NCBI GenBank assembly: GCA_021848885.1
Contig: JAJZTN010000001.1
Coordinates: forward strand, 148 to 64,147
Direction: 5' to 3'
DNA length: 64,000 nucleotides
Origin: Actinomycetes bacterium
GTDB lineage: Bacteria; Actinomycetota; Actinomycetes; JAJZTN01
Shown here: positions 51,347 through 58,041 of the stretch, piece by piece
How positions within the stretch are numbered: the first letter of the stretch is position 1
How the letters are laid out: each line of letters opens with the position of its first letter
Notes under the pieces: model-generated
Told to the model about the DNA's origin: nothing
What the model saw: the letters and a program-made list of their open reading frames with translations, nothing else
Databases searched by the model: none
Position numbers and translations under genes: made by a program

Positions 51347-51496
51347 CGCGAGCCGTGACGCGAACCGCGACACGAGCCGCGACACGAGCAGTGACACGAG
51401 ACGCGCCACGAGCAGTGACACGAGCAGTGACACGAGCAGTGACACGAGACGCGCCACGAGACGCGCCACGAGACGCGCCACGGGCCGTGACGCGGG
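51338..51496 (+). repeat. 12-nt minisatellite of about 13 copies (agcagtgacacg / agccgtgacgcg / agacgcgccacg variants), in frame, encoding (A/D)(V/A)(T/P)R tetrapeptide repeats
   Basis: The 12-nt periodicity is directly visible on lines 51301-51481. In the +frame of ORF 51295..51855 it translates AVTRAVTRTATRAATRAVTRDAPRAVTRAVTRAVTRDAPRDAPRDAPRAVTR. Several units contain in-frame GTG codons. Confidence 0.9.
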
Positions 51497-51855
51497 AGCG
51501 ATGCCGCCGAGAGTCCGGATCCGCCGGCCTGGCGGTGCTGGCCGTCGCGGCGGGCATCGGGTTGCTCGGGCTGTTCGCCGCCGTGCTCGGCACGGTCGCG
51601 GTGGCGCGGCACAGTGCCGCCGCGGCGGCCGACCTGGCGGCTCTGGGGGCCGCCGAGTCGATGGCCGCCGGTCCGCAGGCCGCCTGCCGACAGGCGGCCC
51701 GGCTGGCCACTGCGATGGGGGTGGCGCTGGCCGAGTGCCGGCCGGGGCCACCCGGTGCGGTGCTCGTCGTCGTGCAGGCCCGGCCGTGGCGGGCCCAGCT
51801 GCTCGGTCGCACGGTGCTCCTTCCCGGGCCGCGAGTCACGGCCAGGGCCGGTTGA
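51487..51855 (+). CDS. TadE/TadG-like secreted protein (pseudopilin-like); true start ambiguous
   Basis: The C-terminal 110 aa (RESGSAGLAVLAVAAGIGLLGLFAAVLGTVAVARHSAAAAADLAALGAAE...) match the TadE-like family. The start may be any in-frame GTG in the upstream minisatellite, or the ATG at 51295. Confidence 0.5.
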   Translation: MTRERCRRESGSAGLAVLAVAAGIGLLGLFAAVLGTVAVARHSAAAAADLAALGAAESMAAGPQAACRQAARLATAMGVALAECRPGPPGAVLVVVQARPWRAQLLGRTVLLPGPRVTARAG

Positions 51856-51960
51856 AGCCACTTCCCAGGCCGCGAGTCACTCCCCGGGCCGGGGCGGCGG
51901 GGCCAGGGCCGGTTGAAGCCACTTCCCAGGCCGCGAGCCACTTCCCGGGCCGCGAGTCAC
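51841..51960. repeat. About 60-nt tandem duplication (ccagggccggttgaagccacttcccaggccgcgag[t/c]cact...gggccggggcggcgggg) in the convergent intergenic region
   Basis: The direct repeat lies between the TadE-like stop and the helicase stop. Confidence 0.7.
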
Positions 51961-54392
51961 TGCCCGGGCCGGGGCGGCGGGGCCGCCTCGTCGGTCGGCG
52001 GTGCTCCCTCCAGCAGCACGTCGAGCAGGGCGAGGGCCCCGCCCTTGTCCAGCGGGTCGTTGCCGTTGCCGCACTTGGGTGACTGCACGCACGAGGGGCA
52101 CCCGGTGGCGCACCCGCACAGGCCGATCGCCTCGCGTGTGGCGCGCAGCCAGGGCAGCGCAGAGTCGAAGCCGCGCTCGGCGAAGCCTGCTCCGCCGGGG
52201 TGCCCGTCATGGACGAAGACGGTGGCCCGCCCGGTGTCGGGGTGCATGGCGGTGGAGACACCCCCGACGTCCCAGCGGTCGCAGGTGGCCAGCAGAGGCA
52301 GAAGCCCGATCGCGGCGTGCTCGGCGGCGTGGGTGGCGCCGGGGACCGCGGCCTCGTCGAGCCCCGCTGCGTCGAGCTGGTCGTCATCGGCGGTCCACCA
52401 CACCGCCGTGGTGCGCAGGATGCGTGTCGGCAGGTCCAGTGGCTGCTGACCCAAGGACTGCCCGGTCAGCACCCGCCGCCGGGTGAAGGAGACGACCTGA
52501 CTGGTCACCTCCACCACCCCGAGGCTCAGCTCGGTGCGACCCCAACCGCGCCGACGAAGCGTCTGCAGCACTCGCAGGTCGCTGACCTGGTGGGCCGAGG
52601 TGGTCCAGTCGATGTCCGGGGCCGCCCGGACGTGCGCAACGTTCTCGCTCAGGTCCAGCCGCTCCACCAGGAAGCTCTCCCCCTGGTGCAGGTAGACCGC
52701 CCCGTCATGGACGCTGCCGTGGGCCGCGGAGGGGTCGACGGTGCCAAGCAGACGGCCGGTGCCGACCTCGACCACCCGCACCGCCGCACCGCCGGCCCCG
52801 CGCAGGTCGGCCAGGTCGCTGGCCCGCTCCGGCCGGGTCCAGAACCAGCCGGCCGGACGTCGGCGCAGCTGGCCCGCCGCGCACAGCCGGTCCAGGATCG
52901 TCTCGGTGCCCGGGCCGAACATGGCCAGCTCGGGCTCGGTCAGCGGCAGCTCGGCCGCCGCCGCGGCCAGGTGCGGGGCCAGGACATAAGGGTTCTCCGG
53001 GTCCAGCACGCTCGCCTCGACCGGCCGGTCCAGAAGTGCCTGCGGGTGGTGCACGAGGTAGGTGTCCAGCGGGTCGTCGCGGGCGACGAGAACGCCCAGG
53101 GACTCGCCTTGCCCGCGCCCGGCCCGTCCGATCTGCTGCCAGAACGAGGCACGGGTGCCCGGGTAGCCGGCCAGCAGCACGGCGTCGAGCCCGGCGATGT
53201 CGACGCCGAGCTCGAGTGCGCTGGTGGTGGCCAGCCCGAGCAGTCGGCCCGAGCGCAGCCGGGCCTCCAGCGCGCGGCGTTCCTCGGGAAGGTAACCGGC
53301 CCGGTAGGCGGCCACCCGCTCGGTCAGTCCCTCGTCGACCTCGGCCAGCAGTCGCCGGGCTCCCAGCGCCACCGCCTCGGCGCCCCGGCGGGACCGTACG
53401 AAGCCCAGCGTGCGCACGCCCGCCACGACCAGGTCGGCCAACAGCTCGGCGGTCTCGGCGGTCGCGGTCCGGCGCACCGGTGCCCCGTCCTCGCCGCGAG
53501 CCTCGCTCAGCGGTGGCTCCCACAGCGCCACCACGGTGCGCCCGCGCGGGGAGGCGTCCGCGTGCACCGCCGCGACGTCGAGTCCGGTCAGCCGTCGCGC
53601 CGAGTGCTCGGGGTCTGCGACGGTCGCCGAGGCGAGCACGAAGGTCGGCTCTGCCCGGTAGCGGGCCGCCACCCGGCGCAACCTGCGCAGCACTGCCGCC
53701 ACGTGCGAGCCGAAGACGCCGCGGTAGACGTGGCACTCGTCGACCACGACATAGCGAAGCGCGCGCAGGAACGAGGCCCACGACTCGTGCCCCGGCAGCA
53801 CCCCGTGGTGCAGCATGTCCGGGTTGGTCAGGACGTACGCCGCGTGGGCCCGCACCCAGGACCGGTCCCCGATCGGGGTGTCCCCGTCGTAGGTGGCGGC
53901 ACGTACCTCGGGCAGGCTCAGGCCCGCCAACCGGTGCAGCTGGTCGGCGGCCAGCGCTTTCGTCGGCGCCAGGTAGAGCACCGTGGCGCCGCGCCCGCTC
54001 GGGGCCGTCTGGCCCTGCAGCACCGCGGTCAACCCCGGCAGCAGATAGGCCAGGGACTTGCCCGAGGAGGTGCCGGTGGCGAGCACGACGTGCACCCCCG
54101 CGTGAGCCAGCTCGGCGGCTCGCACCTGGTGGAGCCACGGGCGTTGGACGCCGGTGCGCTCAAGTGCCCCGCGCAGCCGCGGGTCCACCCAGTCGGGCCA
54201 CTCCGCGTTGACCGCGGCGCGAGCCGGGAGCACCGCCGTGTGCACTAGCCGATCGGATCGCCGCGGAGCGCCCAGCAGCGCAGCCAGCGCGGGGCTTGGC
54301 GAGGCGTCGGAGACAGCCAGCGCGGGGCTTGGCGAGGCGTCGGATGACGGCTCGCCCGGGTGGCCGGTCGGCTCTGGTCGGGTCTCAGACAT
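51957..54392 (-). CDS. DEAD/DEAH-box helicase with C-terminal DUF1998 zinc-ribbon domain (MrfA-like)
   Basis: Walker A ATGTSSGKS, DECH box, helicase C domain, and C-terminal CGCATGCPSCVQSPKCGNGNDPLDK. The start is taken at MSETRPEP; the ORF extends to 54575. Confidence 0.85.
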   Translation of the reverse strand: MSETRPEPTGHPGEPSSDASPSPALAVSDASPSPALAALLGAPRRSDRLVHTAVLPARAAVNAEWPDWVDPRLRGALERTGVQRPWLHQVRAAELAHAGVHVVLATGTSSGKSLAYLLPGLTAVLQGQTAPSGRGATVLYLAPTKALAADQLHRLAGLSLPEVRAATYDGDTPIGDRSWVRAHAAYVLTNPDMLHHGVLPGHESWASFLRALRYVVVDECHVYRGVFGSHVAAVLRRLRRVAARYRAEPTFVLASATVADPEHSARRLTGLDVAAVHADASPRGRTVVALWEPPLSEARGEDGAPVRRTATAETAELLADLVVAGVRTLGFVRSRRGAEAVALGARRLLAEVDEGLTERVAAYRAGYLPEERRALEARLRSGRLLGLATTSALELGVDIAGLDAVLLAGYPGTRASFWQQIGRAGRGQGESLGVLVARDDPLDTYLVHHPQALLDRPVEASVLDPENPYVLAPHLAAAAAELPLTEPELAMFGPGTETILDRLCAAGQLRRRPAGWFWTRPERASDLADLRGAGGAAVRVVEVGTGRLLGTVDPSAAHGSVHDGAVYLHQGESFLVERLDLSENVAHVRAAPDIDWTTSAHQVSDLRVLQTLRRRGWGRTELSLGVVEVTSQVVSFTRRRVLTGQSLGQQPLDLPTRILRTTAVWWTADDDQLDAAGLDEAAVPGATHAAEHAAIGLLPLLATCDRWDVGGVSTAMHPDTGRATVFVHDGHPGGAGFAERGFDSALPWLRATREAIGLCGCATGCPSCVQSPKCGNGNDPLDKGGALALLDVLLEGAPPTDEAAPPPRPGQ

Positions 54393-54534
54393 CGACGGCA
54401 GTGTGCGCCACCGGGGCTGAGGCGCTCCCGGGTGGTTGAATGCCGGGTATCTGGACAGCATGGACTGCACGGCGTCATGACGCAGGACCGACACGCTTTC
54501 GCGAGATCTTCGGCCGAGTCCGACTGGAGGCACT

Positions 54535-54873
54535 GTGGACCTGACCCTGTCGACCCGTGAGGAGGGCGGGCGCACCGTCGTCGAGGTCGGCGGCGAGATC
54601 GACGTCTACACCGCGCCGAAGTTGCGCGAGCAGCTCGTCGACCTGGTCGCGCAAGGCCAGTACCACCTCGTCGTGGACATGCAAGGGGTGGACTTCCTCG
54701 ACTCCACCGGCCTGGGGGTCCTGGTCGGGGGACTCAAACGGGTGCGTGCACACGACGGCTCGCTGCGCCTGGTCTGCTCCCAGGAGCGCATCCTGAAGAT
54801 CTTCCGGATAACGGGGCTCACCAAGGTGTTCCCGATCCACGACTCCGTGGCCGACGCGGTCGCAGCCGAGTGA
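54535..54873 (+). CDS. STAS-domain anti-sigma-factor antagonist (RsbV/SpoIIAA-like)
   Basis: 112 aa. The conserved phospho-Ser context reads [13 protein letters not shown]. Confidence 0.85.
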   Translation: MDLTLSTREEGGRTVVEVGGEIDVYTAPKLREQLVDLVAQGQYHLVVDMQGVDFLDSTGLGVLVGGLKRVRAHDGSLRLVCSQERILKIFRITGLTKVFPIHDSVADAVAAE

Positions 54874-54901
54874 GCGCTGGTCCACGCCTGGTCGTCTCGC
54901 C

Positions 54902-55435
54902 GTGGCCACGGTCCGGCTGACCTTCGCCGCGGTGCCGGCCCAGGTGCGCACCGCGCGGCTGGTGGCCGTGGCGATGGCCCGCCATGCCGGAGTTGCCGAG
55001 GCCGAGCTGGACGACGTGCGGTTGGCTGTCGGGCAGGCGGCGGTGCGCGCCGTGCAGCTGCACCAGGTGCACTGCCCCGGGGCGGCGATCACGGTGCTCC
55101 TCGAGGACACCGACGGGCTGGTCGTCACGGTGCTCGACCGGGTCCCCGACGCCGCGGCCTCCGGGATGGAGCCGTTCCCGGGCGCACTGAGCACCTCGGA
55201 CCTGCCTTCCGCCGTGGCCAGCTCGGCCATCGTTGCTGGCGCGCTCGCCGCCCCGGGGGTCACCCCCGAGGCGGTGACCGTCTCCGCCGCCGTCGGGCTC
55301 GCGGTCATCACCGAACTGGTCGAGCAGGTCGAGGTCTCGGACACGCCGGAGGGCGGATCGGTTCGGATGCGCTGGCCCGCGCCGAGCGCACCGGGCGCCG
55401 GGCGTCGTGACCCGCGGCATGCCCCGACGAGGTAA
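54902..55435 (+). CDS. Putative anti-sigma regulatory factor (RsbW/SpoIIAB-like position; ATP-binding motifs not evident)
   Basis: It follows the STAS gene. The length and the N-terminal ARLVAVAMARHAGV helix resemble RsbW-like kinases, but N/G1/G2 boxes are not recognisable. The GTG start is at 54902. Confidence 0.45.
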   Translation: MATVRLTFAAVPAQVRTARLVAVAMARHAGVAEAELDDVRLAVGQAAVRAVQLHQVHCPGAAITVLLEDTDGLVVTVLDRVPDAAASGMEPFPGALSTSDLPSAVASSAIVAGALAAPGVTPEAVTVSAAVGLAVITELVEQVEVSDTPEGGSVRMRWPAPSAPGAGRRDPRHAPTR

Positions 55436-55635
55436 ACGCTTGCAGTTTCAGCGTTCTCGCGCCCCGGGTTGGACGTGATCGCCGTCCCCCGTAGACTCCG
55501 GCCCGCCGGGCGGACCCGATGCACCCGCATCAGCGGTCGGCCCTTCAACCGTCCCCGAGGTCATGTCCTTGTGACATGGCCGCGGCCGCGTCAGCAGCAT
55601 GGGGGCGTGCTCGCGACCATCGTCAAGGAGGACGA

Positions 55636-57921
55636 ATGTCCGGCATCACCCTCGCGCGCAGCGGTGCTGCGATCTCGCTGACCGGTGAGCACCTGGGCTA
55701 CGTCGTCGCGGTCTTCGTCATCGCCCTTGCGGCGCTGGCGATGGCGGTGACGTTCCGCCGCGAGGTGCTCTCCCACGGCGAGGGCACGCAGAACATGCAG
55801 ACCATCGCTCGCGCGGTGCAGGAGGGTGCATCGGCGTACCTGAATCGGCAGTTCCGCACCCTCGGCGTCTTCGTCGTGGTGGTGTTCCTGCTGCTGTTCG
55901 TGCTGCCGGGGGACCCGAGCGTGCGGATCGGCAGGTCGATCTTCTTCGTCATCGGCGCGGTGTTCTCCGGGTCGATCGGCTACCTCGGCATGTGGCTGGC
56001 CACGCGGGCGAACGTGCGGGTTGCCTCTGCCGCCGGCGAGGCGGACGGGCGCCTCATCGCGACCCGGATCGCCTTCCGCACCGGTGGCACGGTCGGGATG
56101 TCGACGGTCGGCCTGGGCTTGATCGGCGCATCGCTGGTGGTGCTCATCTACCGCGGCAACGCCCCCAGCGTGTTGGAGGGCTTCGGCTTCGGTGCGGCCA
56201 CCCTGGCCATGTTCATGCGTGTCGGCGGTGGGATCTTCACCAAGGCCGCCGACGTCGGTGCCGACCTGGTGGGCAAGGTCGAGGCCGGCATCCCGGAGGA
56301 CGACCCGCGCAACGCGGCCACCATCGCCGACAACGTCGGGGACAACGTCGGTGACTGCGCCGGCATGGCGGCTGACCTCTTCGAGTCCTACGCGGTCACC
56401 TTGGTCGCCGCACTCATCCTGGGCAAGGCCGCCTTCGGTGAGATCGGCCTGGTCTTCCCGCTGCTCATCCCGGCCATCGGCGCCGTCACCGCCGTCCTGG
56501 GCATCTACGTCACGGAGCCTCGCCAGGGCGAGAGCGGGCTGCACGCGATCAACCGCGGTTTCTACATCTCCGCTGCCGTCTCTGCGGTGCTCAGCGTCCT
56601 GGCGGCCGTGATCATCCTGCCGGGCAGCTTCGCCGGGCTCAGCAACGCCGCGGCCGGGGCCACGGGCAACCCCAAGGTCATCGCCTCTGTCGCCGTGCTC
56701 ATCGGCATCGTGCTGGCCGGGGTCATCCTCTGGCTCACCGGCTACTTCACCGGCACCGAGCACCGCCCCACCCGGGATGTCGCCAAGACCTCGCTGACCG
56801 GCGCAGCCACCGTGCTGCTCTCCGGGTTCTCGCTCGGGCTGGAGTCGGCGGTCTACACGGCCGTCATCATCGGCGCGGCCGTCTACGGAGCCTTCCTGCT
56901 CGGGGGCGGCACAGTGACAGTGTCGCTCTTCGCCATCGCGCTGGCCGGGTGCGGCCTGCTGACCACCGTGGGTGTCATCGTCGCGATGGACACCTTCGGT
57001 CCGGTCTCGGACAACGCCCAGGGCATCGCGGAGATGTCCGGGGACGTCGACGAGGCCGGGGCCCGCATCCTCACCGACCTCGACGCGGTCGGCAACACCA
57101 CCAAGGCGATCACCAAGGGCATCGCCATCGCCACCGCTGTGCTGGCCGCCACGGCGCTCTTCGGCTCCTACACCGACGCGGTCAAGGAGGCGCTGGGCTC
57201 CGGCTCCGACGCGTTCGCCCAGTTCCTGGCCAACTCCCAGGTGTTCAGCCCCAACACCCTCGTGGGGCTCATCCTCGGGGCCGCGGTGGTGTTCCTGTTC
57301 TCGGGGCTGGCCATCAACGCCGTGTCGCGGGCCGCTGGGGCGGTGGTCTTCGAGGTACGCCGGCAGTTCGCCGAGCACCCAGGGATCATGGACGGCAGCG
57401 AGCGCCCTGAGTACTACCGGGTCGTGGACATCTGCACCCGTGACTCGCTGCGCGAGCTGGCCACCCCCGGGCTGCTGGCGGTCATGGCCCCCGTCGCGGT
57501 CGGCTTCGGTCTCGGCGTCGGCCCGCTGGCCGGCTACCTGGCCGGTGCGATCGGCGCCGGCACGCTCATGGCGATCCTGCTAGCCAACTCCGGCGGCGCC
57601 TGGGACAACGCCAAGAAGCTCGTCGAGGACGGCCGCTACGGTGGCAAGGGCAGCGATGCCCATGCCGCCACCGTCATCGGGGACACCGTCGGTGACCCGT
57701 TCAAGGACACCGCCGGCCCGGCCATCAACCCGCTGCTGAAGGTGATGAACCTGGTCTCGGTGCTCATCGCCCCGGCGGTGGTGTCGCTGACCTACGGCAC
57801 CTCGTCATCCACGCCGGTGCGGTTGGCCATCGCGCTGGTCGCTGTCGCGGTGATCGTGGCAGCGGTCACGGTGTCCAAGCGCCGGCCGGTGTCCTTGGGT
57901 GCCGAGACGGTCGCGGCCTGA
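55636..57921 (+). CDS. hppA: Membrane-bound proton-translocating inorganic pyrophosphatase (H+-PPase)
   Basis: About 760 aa with 16 TM segments. The signature motifs are GGG(I/L)FTKAADVGADLVGKVE and DNVGDNVGD. An AAGGAGG RBS precedes the ATG. Confidence 0.9.
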   Translation: MSGITLARSGAAISLTGEHLGYVVAVFVIALAALAMAVTFRREVLSHGEGTQNMQTIARAVQEGASAYLNRQFRTLGVFVVVVFLLLFVLPGDPSVRIGRSIFFVIGAVFSGSIGYLGMWLATRANVRVASAAGEADGRLIATRIAFRTGGTVGMSTVGLGLIGASLVVLIYRGNAPSVLEGFGFGAATLAMFMRVGGGIFTKAADVGADLVGKVEAGIPEDDPRNAATIADNVGDNVGDCAGMAADLFESYAVTLVAALILGKAAFGEIGLVFPLLIPAIGAVTAVLGIYVTEPRQGESGLHAINRGFYISAAVSAVLSVLAAVIILPGSFAGLSNAAAGATGNPKVIASVAVLIGIVLAGVILWLTGYFTGTEHRPTRDVAKTSLTGAATVLLSGFSLGLESAVYTAVIIGAAVYGAFLLGGGTVTVSLFAIALAGCGLLTTVGVIVAMDTFGPVSDNAQGIAEMSGDVDEAGARILTDLDAVGNTTKAITKGIAIATAVLAATALFGSYTDAVKEALGSGSDAFAQFLANSQVFSPNTLVGLILGAAVVFLFSGLAINAVSRAAGAVVFEVRRQFAEHPGIMDGSERPEYYRVVDICTRDSLRELATPGLLAVMAPVAVGFGLGVGPLAGYLAGAIGAGTLMAILLANSGGAWDNAKKLVEDGRYGGKGSDAHAATVIGDTVGDPFKDTAGPAINPLLKVMNLVSVLIAPAVVSLTYGTSSSTPVRLAIALVAVAVIVAAVTVSKRRPVSLGAETVAA

Positions 57922-58041
57922 GCGAGCCGGCACCGCCTCCGGCGGGCCGGGACGGCCTGCCGCTGCCCCCCGCAGACCGGCGACCTGGTCCACTGGTTAG
58001 CGTGAGACGTCCGTCCGGGACCTCTCGAGGAGGGGGAGCAC

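Noticed and set aside
51338-51496. Possible CRISPR array
   Set aside because: The 12-nt units are contiguous with no spacers. They are far shorter than CRISPR repeats, in frame with a coding sequence, and no cas genes are nearby. This is a minisatellite, not CRISPR.
52200-54248. Long ORFs (682 aa +, 477 aa -) overlapping the DEAH helicase gene
   Set aside because: They are antisense or out-of-frame shadows of the real 51957-54392 helicase CDS, with Gly/Arg/Pro-dominated composition and no domain signatures.
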